64,000 nucleotides of DNA from an uncultured virus (IMG/VR IMGVR_UViG_3300042289_001232) (IMGVR_UViG_3300042289_001232); one strand, 5' to 3'. Counted from the stretch's first letter, positions 9,396 to 18,655 are shown. Translations and numbers: made by a program. Notes: generated by a model from the sequence alone, not told the origin.

Positions 9396-9638
9396 ATGTG
9401 GACATCTCATAGTATAAACACTATCATGTCTAAATCCACCCCTCCCAATAGACAAGTCATCCGAAAAGCAACATACAAACTCAACGATGAGTTTATGCCT
9501 GAAGTGCTTTGCAGAATATGCAAGATCGAAGTAGATCTAGCAAAATCCCAAGGATGGGACCATGTACTAGTAAGTATGGAGTATATGAACCAAATTTTAA
9601 CTCTTAATCTTAGTGGAGTGAGAAAGAATGAAAAATAA
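9396..9638 (+). CDS. Hypothetical protein (true start possibly ATG 9426)
   Basis: ORF whose end overlaps the start of the next ORF. TATAAACA lies at 9413-9420, just before ATG 9426. Confidence 0.5.
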   Translation: MWTSHSINTIMSKSTPPNRQVIRKATYKLNDEFMPEVLCRICKIEVDLAKSQGWDHVLVSMEYMNQILTLNLSGVRKNEK

Positions 9639-9873
9639 TTCTGAACTGATTCATTGGTTTTTGTCTTTACCTAAAAACGAAAGATCGGAAAAAATGAAAT
9701 CTATGAAAGAGTTCTTTCAAAAAAACAATAAAAATATACTGGATTTGATTCAAAAATTTGAATCTTTCGAGGAAAAACCGAGCAAAATCATTGAAGAATC
9801 TGAGAAAATTCTTCAGAATAACATTATCTTAATTGAAAAAATTGACTCCATGGAAAGAGACATAAATGCCTAG
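9628..9873 (+). CDS. Hypothetical protein (81 aa, K/E-rich, helical)
   Basis: GGAG upstream. Overlaps both neighbours, suggesting translational coupling. Confidence 0.55.
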   Translation: MKNNSELIHWFLSLPKNERSEKMKSMKEFFQKNNKNILDLIQKFESFEEKPSKIIEESEKILQNNIILIEKIDSMERDINA

Positions 9874-9976
9874 AAAACAAAGTGTGATTAAACCAAAAAG
9901 ACCGATTAAATCTGCAAAAGCAAGCGATGGAAGAACTAGAGGATCTCCAAAGAAACCGAAAAAACCTAGCCCTTAA
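9866..9976 (+). CDS. Small basic protein (36 aa; MPRKQSVIKPKRPIKSAKASDGRTRGSPKKPKKPSP), not in the ORF track
   Basis: ATG overlaps the end of the upstream ORF. It fills the gap exactly to the stop of the convergent gp3 gene. 13 K/R residues against 1 acidic. Confidence 0.5.
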   Translation: MPRKQSVIKPKRPIKSAKASDGRTRGSPKKPKKPSP

Positions 9977-10518
9977 AGATTAATCATAGTCGATGTATCG
10001 TATACAAAAGAAACTGTTGCTGTGAGAACCGCTGGCTCTGCCTCTGAATTACTCAAAGTGAATCCTGATAAATTAGTTGGCACTAAGTTTCTATAATTGA
10101 TCATGTAGATTGGGTTTTTCTTATTATTCAGTAGTAATAACTGAGCATCTGATGGTTCAGCCAATTTGTCTGGAAGTTTTTCTCTGAAGTCTCTGTATGG
10201 CACACCTGATCTAAACCACCTAACCATCTCAATGTAGTTTTTAAAGTTTTCATCTATTATGAATCTTATGGACACATCTGTGCTGACTTTGCCGCCGGGT
10301 ATTTTCAGTGGTGTTGCAGTTATGTAGTCTAATACCAATGGATTAGAATTAGATGCCGGTGTCGTTACGGATGTACAGAAGTAAGTGACTCCAGGAATTT
10401 TATGAAGAATAAACCTGAAATTTGTGTTTAAAGCAGGATTAGTATTTACATCCTCCGATTCAATTTTACTGAATCCCTCATACGATGGAATGAAATTTTC
10501 AGAATTTGGTGATGTCAT
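9973..10518 (-). CDS. gp3: Tail completion/sheath stabiliser gp3-like, copy 2
   Basis: NFRFILHKIPGVTYFCTSVTTP...FIIDENFKNY...NKKNP...ATVSFVY pattern. Lies downstream of gp23, as in T4-like cyanophage-type genomes. Confidence 0.75.
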   Translation of the reverse strand: MTSPNSENFIPSYEGFSKIESEDVNTNPALNTNFRFILHKIPGVTYFCTSVTTPASNSNPLVLDYITATPLKIPGGKVSTDVSIRFIIDENFKNYIEMVRWFRSGVPYRDFREKLPDKLAEPSDAQLLLLNNKKNPIYMINYRNLVPTNLSGFTLSNSEAEPAVLTATVSFVYDTSTMINL

Positions 10519-11075
10519 CAGATATCATCCAAATCATAACTGCTGAATTGAAATGTTGCAGTTGCAGTTGCAATGCTTGCATCTGTAAGTGCACTATTAT
10601 AGTCAATACTTGTTAAATTAGTTATAAACATACCGTTAAACCTAAATCTTGCAACTGGATTTTTTTTATTCGATAATATTAAAAGATGGCCGATATTTGT
10701 CATAGCAGAAAACCCCAAATCAGTTCCCGTTTTGAAGAAATCTTCATATACGAGTGTGTTTTTAAACCAGTCATTCATTTGATTGTAATTCGAATAGTCC
10801 TCATTTATTATGAATTTTACAGTCAAGTCTCCATGAGTTACTTTATCACCAAAAAACTTTAATGATGGTGCAAATGGAACTTGAAGTCGAACTGGCTCAC
10901 ATGTCATTTCAGGAAACCCCACCTCTGTGCAAAAGTATGTTCCTAGTCTAATTTTCGGTATAGAGAGATGAAAATTTGATGCGAATGCGTAATTCGTATT
11001 AGAAGGCTGTCTGTTTAATATTCCAGACTCTCGATCTGTAGGAACTGTGTTCTTGGGATTTATCGTAGACATCAT
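10518..11075 (-). CDS. gp3: Tail completion/sheath stabiliser gp3-like, copy 1
   Basis: NFHLSIPKIRLGTYFCTEVGFP...GDLTVKFIINEDYSNY...ATATFQFSSY. Confidence 0.8.
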   Translation of the reverse strand: MMSTINPKNTVPTDRESGILNRQPSNTNYAFASNFHLSIPKIRLGTYFCTEVGFPEMTCEPVRLQVPFAPSLKFFGDKVTHGDLTVKFIINEDYSNYNQMNDWFKNTLVYEDFFKTGTDLGFSAMTNIGHLLILSNKKNPVARFRFNGMFITNLTSIDYNSALTDASIATATATFQFSSYDLDDI

Positions 11076-11078
11076 TCT

Positions 11079-11085
11079 TATTTAG
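11079..11085 (-). promoter_or_regulatory. Late promoter motif (CTAAATA) for the gp3 pair
   Basis: TATTTAG on + strand, 3 and 6 nt from the tandem ATGs at 11075 and 11072. Confidence 0.7.
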
Positions 11086-11094
11086 AATCAAATG

Positions 11095-11126
11095 AAAAGG
11101 GCTGTGAAGATTTCTCCTCACAGCCC
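11095..11126 (-). terminator. Intrinsic terminator after the major capsid gene
   Basis: Minus strand reads GGGCTGTGAGGA-GAAA-TCTTCACAGCCC-TTTT. A second small hairpin (CCCTGT-GAA-ACAGGG) lies at about 11138-11152. Confidence 0.85.
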
Positions 11127-11165
11127 CTAGCGAAATTCCCTGTGAAACAGGGTGACCTTTACCGA

Positions 11166-12533
11166 TCAGAACAGGTTCGTGACCTTCACGATACGGTAGT
11201 AGCAGTTAGCCCTCTTTGCTCCTGCGGCAGTCGGATCCGTAACCGATACTCCACCCGCAATCGTGGCGAACGGGTTGTTCACCAGACCGTAACGGGTCTT
11301 GAAGCCGATCTTCGGTTGGAATGACTGCTCACCAACAGCACGGACCATTTGCAGAGGAACATATGGGCAGTAGAACATTCCTGCGTCATATGCCGACGAT
11401 CCCTTATAACCAACCATGAAGAAGTCATGGGCAGTTGTCATCGATGCATAGGGATCGATGTACACACGGAGGCGACCGTTCAGCACACCAGCGAAGGTGT
11501 TGCCCGTGTCATCCACATTCAGGTTCGTTGAGAGGGCCGGTGCATAGTCGAGGATGCCTGCCATGCTGAGTGCCGAGGCAACATCTGCCGAGCAAAGGAC
11601 GAAGTTGCCCTTGCCACGACGAGTTTCCTTAGCAATCATGTTGCATTCACGCTCAATCTGATACAGCAGACCCTTGAACTTTTCAACGCTCCAACGACCG
11701 TTTGAGTCAACATTCAGGTCAAACACACCAGCAGTTTGAGTGGTTCCCGAACGGGCACCCAACTTAGCGGTTTGATACAGAGTGCGAACAACTTCACGGT
11801 TGATTTCAGCGAGGATTTCGCTCGACAGAATGTTGGCAAGTTCGGTTTCAGCGTCGAGACCGTGGATTGCCTTCAAGTCTTGTGCGAGTTCCATCGTGTA
11901 CTCAGCCTTCAGAGCACGGGTCTTTGCTTCGACCGTGGTCTTTTCGATGCTGAATGCCATCTGCGGGAATGGATTACCCGCAGCATCACCAAGGGCTTCA
12001 CCCTGAAGCGTAGTTCTACCTGTTCCGCTCGATGTGCTTGGCTTCGTAGGACCGTTTGCAGTTTCGAACGGATCAACACCCGTCGCCGCATTGAAAGTCG
12101 AAGTGTCATTGACACCATCGGCAGTCAGACCCGTTGAGCCTGAGCCACCAAAGGCAGTATCGGCTTCCTGATACAGAGCCTCAGCACCAACCTGATTGAT
12201 GTAACGGCTACGCATGGCGAAGATAAGGCCAGTCGGTCCACTCATCGGCTGAACGCCACAGATATCATAGGCGATCAGGTTCGGCATTGCACGACGAACG
12301 AGCGAGATAAGAATCGGATCCCAACGAGCAACATTTCCACCGGCTTCAGTTCCTGATCCTGCAAGGCTATTGCTGAAGTTGGTTGGTGCTGCTTCTCTGA
12401 GATATTGCTCCTGATTTTCCAGCAGCATTGTTGTAACGGCCTTCTTGTATGCGTCCTTAATTTCTGGAAGGTCCGCATGCTCAAGAATTGGCTTCCACTT
12501 CTTTTGAAGTGCTTCTGAAATGGTTAGATCCAT
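11166..12533 (-). CDS. gp23: Major capsid protein
   Basis: DPILISLVRRAMPNLIAYDICGVQPMSGPTGLIFAMRSRY, KTRALKAEYTMELAQDLKAIHGLDAETEL, YCPYVPL, FQPKIGFKTRYG. Confidence 0.99.
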   Translation of the reverse strand: MDLTISEALQKKWKPILEHADLPEIKDAYKKAVTTMLLENQEQYLREAAPTNFSNSLAGSGTEAGGNVARWDPILISLVRRAMPNLIAYDICGVQPMSGPTGLIFAMRSRYINQVGAEALYQEADTAFGGSGSTGLTADGVNDTSTFNAATGVDPFETANGPTKPSTSSGTGRTTLQGEALGDAAGNPFPQMAFSIEKTTVEAKTRALKAEYTMELAQDLKAIHGLDAETELANILSSEILAEINREVVRTLYQTAKLGARSGTTQTAGVFDLNVDSNGRWSVEKFKGLLYQIERECNMIAKETRRGKGNFVLCSADVASALSMAGILDYAPALSTNLNVDDTGNTFAGVLNGRLRVYIDPYASMTTAHDFFMVGYKGSSAYDAGMFYCPYVPLQMVRAVGEQSFQPKIGFKTRYGLVNNPFATIAGGVSVTDPTAAGAKRANCYYRIVKVTNLF

Positions 12534-12575
12534 TTGTAATTTCTCCTTAATTGAGTACTATTTCAGTACGGTTTT

Positions 12576-12582
12576 TATTTAT
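12576..12582 (-). promoter_or_regulatory. Late promoter motif (ATAAATA) for gp23
   Basis: TATTTAT on + strand in the gp22-gp23 intergenic region, followed by AAGGAG SD. Confidence 0.7.
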
Positions 12583-12599
12583 CGAATCTATCTTTTTGG

Positions 12600-13700
12600 T
12601 CAACGACGGTTAAGTCGTGACAATGTCTGTGCATAACTAGCCATTGACTCTGATAGCGTGTCCGTCGCCGGAGTTGCAACTTCATCAATGCTTCCTTCAT
12701 CTGAGGTTGCAATTGCTTCCTCACGGAGTATGGGCTTCTTGTAATTGAAGTATGACTCCTTGATTATCTGTGCTTTCTTACGGAGATCATCTTCTGTTTC
12801 GAAAGTGATTCCTTCAGCAAGAACAGCAAATCTTTCTTTTTGTGTATCAGCAAGATCAGCAGAAGCCTCATCAAGGATCTGTGAACGACGATACTTTGCA
12901 ATTTCCGACTTGAGTTCGATGTTTTTATTCATCTCTTCATCAAGTTGACTCTTAATATTTTCAACAGTTTCGGCAAGTTGATCTGTAAGATCAATCTTGT
13001 TTTCAGGAACTGAAATATCATGCTCAAGGAAAAGATTACGGAGACCTTGCATAAACTCCTCCGCAATCTCAGTACGAATTCCCTTCTCAACGACAAGACG
13101 GTTCTCTTCCATCCATTCCTCGACAACATAAGAAAGGTACGAATCAAGTTGTTCGGTGAGTCCCTTCTTCATATCATCAACTTCATCAACAAGGCGACTC
13201 TGATACTCTTCTTGGAGTTCTCTTTGAATGGTATCAACACGCTCCTGAAGAGCGGCCTCAAAAATCGTTGCTGCCTTCGTTTTGAAGTCCTCGGTGAGAT
13301 CTTCACCATCAAACATTGCATCCATGTGAGTTTCAATGTCTTCACGCATCGACTTTTTTGCATTTACATTGGCATTCAACTTACTAGATGAGTCTGATGT
13401 GTCGGTGGCTACAGGGTCGGGAATTTCTGCTCCCTTACCGGTGCCATCTCTGTAAAGACCAACATACTTACCTTTACCAGAACCTTTCTTCGAAGCGTTG
13501 GTAGCGGTTTGTTCGTGTGTTAGTTCTTCTTCCTCTTCCTCCTCAGCCATTTCTTTCTTGGTGGGTGGGACAGGCTTCTTTCCAACTTTTGCTAAATTTG
13601 CCTTTTGAGTGGCCTTCGATTCTTCTTCTATATTGATATCATCTGAATCTTCAAGCAACTCATCAATGATTTGTTCAATTTCTTCGTTAGCGTCAGACAT
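12600..13700 (-). CDS. gp22: Prohead core scaffolding protein
   Basis: Acidic coiled coil with GEDLTEDFKTKAATIFEAA and YLSYVVEEWMEEN...GIRTEIAEEFMQGL. Lies between gp21 and gp23. Confidence 0.95.
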   Translation of the reverse strand: MSDANEEIEQIIDELLEDSDDINIEEESKATQKANLAKVGKKPVPPTKKEMAEEEEEEELTHEQTATNASKKGSGKGKYVGLYRDGTGKGAEIPDPVATDTSDSSSKLNANVNAKKSMREDIETHMDAMFDGEDLTEDFKTKAATIFEAALQERVDTIQRELQEEYQSRLVDEVDDMKKGLTEQLDSYLSYVVEEWMEENRLVVEKGIRTEIAEEFMQGLRNLFLEHDISVPENKIDLTDQLAETVENIKSQLDEEMNKNIELKSEIAKYRRSQILDEASADLADTQKERFAVLAEGITFETEDDLRKKAQIIKESYFNYKKPILREEAIATSDEGSIDEVATPATDTLSESMASYAQTLSRLNRR

Positions 13701-13721
13701 GGATGTCTCCTTCGTAATAGT

Positions 13722-13728
13722 TATTTAG
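13722..13728 (-). promoter_or_regulatory. Late promoter motif (CTAAATA) for gp22
   Basis: TATTTAG on + strand in an intergenic region. Confidence 0.7.
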
Positions 13729-13734
13729 TATGGG

Positions 13735-14382
13735 TTAAAGTTTCGTTATAAATTTCTTAAATGCTTGCACACATGCTTCCTCTAATTTTCTTGAAGATGC
13801 TTTGCTGATCTCACGGCGAATCTGATCAATTTCTCTTTCTTTTAGTATCCCATTCTCGTAAATCCACTCTTTACCTTCCATAACTCCACGAACAAATGCT
13901 TCGGGAGCAGAAGGATCTGCAACAATGTCGGCTGCTGTTGAAAGACGGAAATCATCTTTGACCACATTTATTCCATTCTTTTCTTCAATTGAACCAACGC
14001 CACGGCTTGAAACGCCGAGTTTGGCCCCCTCATCGATTAGATTTTTTACAATCTTTCCATAAGGGGTGTCCATAATCTTGGCTTTACCGTAAAAGTTTTT
14101 ACCGTCAGCGTGAAGTTCGGTTATCATATGGGAAACTCGCTCAAGATTAATGGTCGGACCCTCTGGGTGACCAAGTTCACCGAACGCTCTTTTTTGATTA
14201 ACGAACTCTTTGATGTAGTCATTCACCTTAGACTTTAACATCTCAAAGGGATACTTCCTCTTATTTCGATTAGTGATATCTCCCTGAAGGAAAGTTCCCT
14301 CAATCGTGTACTTTTTGTCTCCATTTGCGGATGCTTCGCAAATGATCTCAATGCCTTCGTTTACTTCTGTGATTAGTTTCAT
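13735..14382 (-). CDS. gp21: Prohead maturation protease
   Basis: MKLITE, GELGHPEGPTINLERVSH, GVSSRGVGS, DIVADPSAPEAFV. Confidence 0.98.
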   Translation of the reverse strand: MKLITEVNEGIEIICEASANGDKKYTIEGTFLQGDITNRNKRKYPFEMLKSKVNDYIKEFVNQKRAFGELGHPEGPTINLERVSHMITELHADGKNFYGKAKIMDTPYGKIVKNLIDEGAKLGVSSRGVGSIEEKNGINVVKDDFRLSTAADIVADPSAPEAFVRGVMEGKEWIYENGILKEREIDQIRREISKASSRKLEEACVQAFKKFITKL

Positions 14383-14391
14383 GTGATTTCC

Positions 14392-14829
14392 TTATAATCC
14401 GAGGTAGCCAGGAGGTGTTACTGATCCTGATGCATGAACAAATTCCAGTAAAACAGTTCCACTTAATGTGCCTGTTGGAGTTATATTCAAAATTCCTGTC
14501 GGTGCAGTTGCGTTATTCTTTAAAGTGGTTCTCTCTAGATTCATTTCACCGTTTGTTCCATATAGTCTCATGGCAGTAGCACCGGGCGCACCAGCCCATG
14601 TGAGATTCAATCCGCCTGTACTTCCGCCTGTACTTAGTGTCCATGTGATTCTTGACAACGCTGCGGTATTGTTTGTAATTCCTGCAACAAATCTTTCGCC
14701 GGTAATACCCCCAATACCATCAAAAGCCGAACCCGTAACACCAAGTTCGTACATAGCAGATTCTGATGAGAAATCTACTTTGGTCACATACCTCTTTTGC
14801 GTCTTGACTAAATCTTGTTTAATTGCCAT
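14392..14829 (-). CDS. Hypothetical head-region protein (G/T-rich, beta-rich; possible capsid accessory)
   Basis: ORF between the prohead core genes and gp21. Several GxT motifs. Confidence 0.6.
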   Translation of the reverse strand: MAIKQDLVKTQKRYVTKVDFSSESAMYELGVTGSAFDGIGGITGERFVAGITNNTAALSRITWTLSTGGSTGGLNLTWAGAPGATAMRLYGTNGEMNLERTTLKNNATAPTGILNITPTGTLSGTVLLEFVHASGSVTPPGYLGL

Positions 14830-14832
14830 TGG

Positions 14833-15264
14833 TTATTCCTGTTCTTTGAGAACAAATTGCATGGTCCTATTGAATGAATCTTGACTTTCCAATGCAAGAC
14901 TAATAAGAATGTTTCCCGCATCTCCGTCAACGATTCCGTCATGAAAAGAGATGAATTTCTCTGCACAAATTGGATTCACTGAAACAATAGATTTATCTAA
15001 TAGAACTAGATCCACATTGTTTTTAGTCTCGACAGACTCTACTATTGCATTTACGAATTTTTTCATAGCAGATTCCATCTTTACATCTGCTTTCAAATCT
15101 AAGACCATTTGTTTTACGAAATCGTGTGCCTTCTTATCTTTGGTAGTGATAGTTGCAGAAGATCCATCGATTTTTATCGATGCGTCTAAACCAACAATAC
15201 CAAAGTTCTTTTGGAATTCTTTGGCTGATTTTGGACCTTTAAATTTTACCTTAAGAGTAGGCAT
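14833..15264 (-). CDS. Prohead core-associated protein (gp68 position)
   Basis: Likely start ATG 15264 in a TAATG overlap with the upstream stop. Lies between portal and protease. Confidence 0.5.
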   Translation of the reverse strand: MPTLKVKFKGPKSAKEFQKNFGIVGLDASIKIDGSSATITTKDKKAHDFVKQMVLDLKADVKMESAMKKFVNAIVESVETKNNVDLVLLDKSIVSVNPICAEKFISFHDGIVDGDAGNILISLALESQDSFNRTMQFVLKEQE

Positions 15265-15734
15265 TATCCCTTCCAATTCAATTTCACATAGTTGAAGAAC
15301 TTCTTCTTCTCACCATCATCCATATCAGCAGGAGACTTTTTACCAAACTTCTTAAGTGCTTTCTCAAAGAAAGCACGATATGCTTTCTGCTTGGATGAGA
15401 GTTCTTCTTCATTAACTTCAAACTTACCGTTATTATTCATTCCAATTGCATCCACCATCTGTCCTCTGGTCAACTTCTTATCGTCTTCGATTGGTTCAGA
15501 TTGAACAGACTCCTTCTTTGCCCCCATGATGGTTTTCTTCTTCTCTTCACGCAACTTTCGATACATCTCAACCATCTTCATTGCGTTTGCAACTATGTTC
15601 TCATTTTTCGTAGTCATGGATCTTTTGCGCTCCTCACGCAGTCTTCTATTGTGTTCAAGACGAGAGACAGTATCTCTATACATTTTTGTTCTGCCGTCAA
15701 TTTTCTCTTGATTGATGTTTTTTTCGTCATTCAT
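15264..15734 (-). CDS. Highly charged prohead core/internal protein-like
   Basis: K/E-rich with C-terminal EELSSKQKAYRAFFEKALKKFGKKSPADM...KKKFFNYV. Located in the head module. Confidence 0.55.
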   Translation of the reverse strand: MNDEKNINQEKIDGRTKMYRDTVSRLEHNRRLREERKRSMTTKNENIVANAMKMVEMYRKLREEKKKTIMGAKKESVQSEPIEDDKKLTRGQMVDAIGMNNNGKFEVNEEELSSKQKAYRAFFEKALKKFGKKSPADMDDGEKKKFFNYVKLNWKG

Positions 15735-15745
15735 GGGTAATTCTC

Positions 15746-16447
15746 TTATTTCTTTGATTTTTTAGATTTTGGTAGATCACCATCAATGGTTTTAGAAGAT
15801 GTGCTCGATTTGCTAACTGAAGTTTGGACTTCTGGAGGAGGTTCTGCAAATCCTGCCCTCTTATCTGCTTCAACTTTCTTTGTCATGTTTATCGCAAGAA
15901 CATCATCATTCTTCGCATCTTTCATCAACTGATCGATGTATTCTTTAGTTGCCTTCGTAGCACTTTTAGGACCAGGAAAAAACTCCCATCTTCTATCGTT
16001 AATATAAATGCGAACAGGTTTACCGAATCCCGTCCCGACTTGTTTGATAATAACTCTCTGTCCCCTGTAAGTATATGAACTTAGATAGAACTCTTTTTCA
16101 AAGTTTGGATCTAATGTTACATCGTCTTTGTTTTGTCCTGCCGTAGTTGGAATCAACTTGATTTTTTTAGGCGGGATGGGTTTGGTTGGCTTCGGTGAAC
16201 CTGTGCCCATTGTGTCCATATCATTTGTGGGTGTTGTTGCTACAGGTGCAGACGGCGACATCGGAACTTCACTCACGGTACTCGGTTGATCTGCGATATT
16301 TGAGGACAAAAACTTCTTTAGTTCCTCAATTTTGAAGTAAACCTTAGATTCCAACTCTTTCTGAATTATGTTGCGGAATTTCTCCGCCTCTTTTTTCATA
16401 AGAGTTTCGATTACCGAATTGAGAATGTCTTCTGTCTGTTCGTCCAT
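15746..16447 (-). CDS. Prohead core protein, gp67-like N-terminus with extension
   Basis: Immediately after the portal gene. N-terminal helical segment resembles gp67, followed by a P/T-rich linker and an extra domain. Confidence 0.5.
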   Translation of the reverse strand: MDEQTEDILNSVIETLMKKEAEKFRNIIQKELESKVYFKIEELKKFLSSNIADQPSTVSEVPMSPSAPVATTPTNDMDTMGTGSPKPTKPIPPKKIKLIPTTAGQNKDDVTLDPNFEKEFYLSSYTYRGQRVIIKQVGTGFGKPVRIYINDRRWEFFPGPKSATKATKEYIDQLMKDAKNDDVLAINMTKKVEADKRAGFAEPPPEVQTSVSKSSTSSKTIDGDLPKSKKSKK

Positions 16448-16456
16448 GTTTTCCCT

Positions 16457-17962
16457 TTACGCAAGACCGAACTGTGATGTATCGGGTTCGATCTTGCCTG
16501 CATTGCGTTCCTTTTCGATTTGTCGATCCATATCCCGAATATCTGCTTCCGATTGCCCCAGAACATTTCTCCGCACCCATTCATGAGAATAGTACTTACC
16601 TATGTATGGTTTAATATTTCCTAATTCATCTATTTGATTCTTGCGGACTTCACTATTCTTTAATTCAGTAAATAGATTATCTTTAATGAAGTCAAAAGAT
16701 ATCGATTCCCTCAGGTCTGGCCAATCATCTTGTGTGATAATTTTCTTAAGAACTAGTTGTTTCTTGAGCAAATCAAAAAACAATTCGCTGAATCTAGTTC
16801 GAAGTCTGTGAATAAACTTGGTAAATCGAACCTCATCACGGGTGATTTCTGTAGATCTACCAAGTATAAATTGCTTATCTTGTTCAAGCCGACTAACAGG
16901 AACCGACAAAGCACGATAGAGTTTCTTTTGGAAATAAACCACATCAGTTAATTCACCTAAATTTGCTCCACCCTGTAAAGTGGTTATTTCCGTCCCTTTA
17001 CTACCTTCACGACGAGGTAACCAATAGTCTTCAAGCATACTCATGAATTTACGGTCATCACGAATATCACCGGTGTTTGCATCATAAACTAAACGATTTC
17101 GATACTGATTCATCAGTCCTTTTACATATGCTTCGGCTTTAGTTTTTGGGAGGTTACCGACATCAATATAGAAGATTCTTCTTTCGGGTGCACGACTAAT
17201 TCGATAAATTACAACAGCATCTTCAAGCATTCTTAGTTGATTGAGTGGCTTGATTGCTTTATGAAGAAATCCGACTATTCTTTTGTAGCGGGAATCCATC
17301 AGCCCCGATGCACAAAATGCGATAGCATCGTCGCTAATCCTAGTTCCACTAACATTTCCGCCTTGACGGGGATTATCTTTGCTATAAATGTAAAAGTCAT
17401 GATAACCTGCGATGACTTTTGTGCCGTCCTTGAGAGTTTCTTTCTTAAATTCACGAATTTTTGTGATATTCATCGGATCAATATATCGGCATTCAAGAAT
17501 TCCCTTTTGTGGATTCTCTTCATCAATTATGATATGGAAATAAATTCGACTATCTATATACCATCTTCGAAAAATATCTGCACCTTTTGTTTCAAATTGC
17601 AAAACTCTAAGAATATTACGAAACTCATCGTGAATTTTTTCTTTGATACTGTCTGGTTGCTTTAATCGATCTAGAATGACCTTTACAGGAGATTTCTTCT
17701 CGCCAAGAACTATCGCCTCATTGACAATGTCATCAACTGCAACCTCTGTAATTGGATCCATAGCCATTTCACGGTACTTCATAACTAATTCAAAGTCATT
17801 ACGAACCGTACCATCGAGGTCAACATACTGACCATAAAATCCACCGGCTTCTACTGGAATAGCACCATCGTCCGAGGTCGGAACCACGAACGATTTAAGT
17901 GCTTTAACATTTTCTCTTTGCTTCTTGGACCGCTCTAGTTTAAAGCCGAATATTTCTGCCAT
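16457..17962 (-). CDS. gp20: Portal vertex protein
   Basis: LHKAIKPLNQLRMLEDAVVIYRISRAPERRIFYIDVGNLPK, MLEDYWLPRREG, YFQKKLYRALSVP. Confidence 0.99.
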   Translation of the reverse strand: MAEIFGFKLERSKKQRENVKALKSFVVPTSDDGAIPVEAGGFYGQYVDLDGTVRNDFELVMKYREMAMDPITEVAVDDIVNEAIVLGEKKSPVKVILDRLKQPDSIKEKIHDEFRNILRVLQFETKGADIFRRWYIDSRIYFHIIIDEENPQKGILECRYIDPMNITKIREFKKETLKDGTKVIAGYHDFYIYSKDNPRQGGNVSGTRISDDAIAFCASGLMDSRYKRIVGFLHKAIKPLNQLRMLEDAVVIYRISRAPERRIFYIDVGNLPKTKAEAYVKGLMNQYRNRLVYDANTGDIRDDRKFMSMLEDYWLPRREGSKGTEITTLQGGANLGELTDVVYFQKKLYRALSVPVSRLEQDKQFILGRSTEITRDEVRFTKFIHRLRTRFSELFFDLLKKQLVLKKIITQDDWPDLRESISFDFIKDNLFTELKNSEVRKNQIDELGNIKPYIGKYYSHEWVRRNVLGQSEADIRDMDRQIEKERNAGKIEPDTSQFGLA

Positions 17963-18013
17963 AATGATTATTTCTCCTTTAGAACCTGGGGCGGTGTCCG
18001 AGAAGAAAATCTA

Positions 18014-18640
18014 TCAGGTAGTTAGATTCTCAATCTCATAGTACTGATAAGTCATTGTAACTTGGAAATTTGATGGTTCGCTAGCCTGGGCCATATCCAA
18101 AGCAATTTCGCCTAATGTTGAAGGCCAGCAACCGACAAACTTGTAAGTTGTAATTATGTTACCTTCACGGGTAAGTGGAGACACATACCAGTCAGTCATG
18201 AATGTATTCATGGAGTTTGGACCAACATTTGTCTTATTTGTGTTGATACTATTCTGCCACGATTCAAATGCCTTTCTTAGTGTATATGCGCCATCATTAT
18301 AAACTGTAATAGACCAGTCATTAAAAGTTCTATCAGCAGGATATTTGAATTGGCGACCCATATAGTTTGCTGTTCCAATGTTCAGCACACTATTTGGAAT
18401 AGAAGCCGCTTTACACAAGAAAGAAACCTGATTGTTAGGGCTTCCTGCACCAATCGCTGCCGCAACATTATTAATTGCTCCGGCGACTGCTTGTCCGAAA
18501 AAGGCACCTGCTGCTCCCGCTGCGAAATTAACTGCACCAAGTCCAGAATTTGGAAAATTACCCTGAACTAGGAATAGGTTGTTACGGGCAACACCATTTA
18601 TTAAATTTGCTCTGAATGCGTCGATACTAAACTGTGACAT
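18014..18640 (-). CDS. gp19: Tail tube protein
   Basis: ARNNLF, FLCKAASIP, GRQFKYPADRTFNDWSITVYND, WPSTLGEIAL, FQVTMTYQY. Confidence 0.95.
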   Translation of the reverse strand: MSQFSIDAFRANLINGVARNNLFLVQGNFPNSGLGAVNFAAGAAGAFFGQAVAGAINNVAAAIGAGSPNNQVSFLCKAASIPNSVLNIGTANYMGRQFKYPADRTFNDWSITVYNDGAYTLRKAFESWQNSINTNKTNVGPNSMNTFMTDWYVSPLTREGNIITTYKFVGCWPSTLGEIALDMAQASEPSNFQVTMTYQYYEIENLTT

Positions 18641-18655
18641 TTTTACTCTCCTTGT

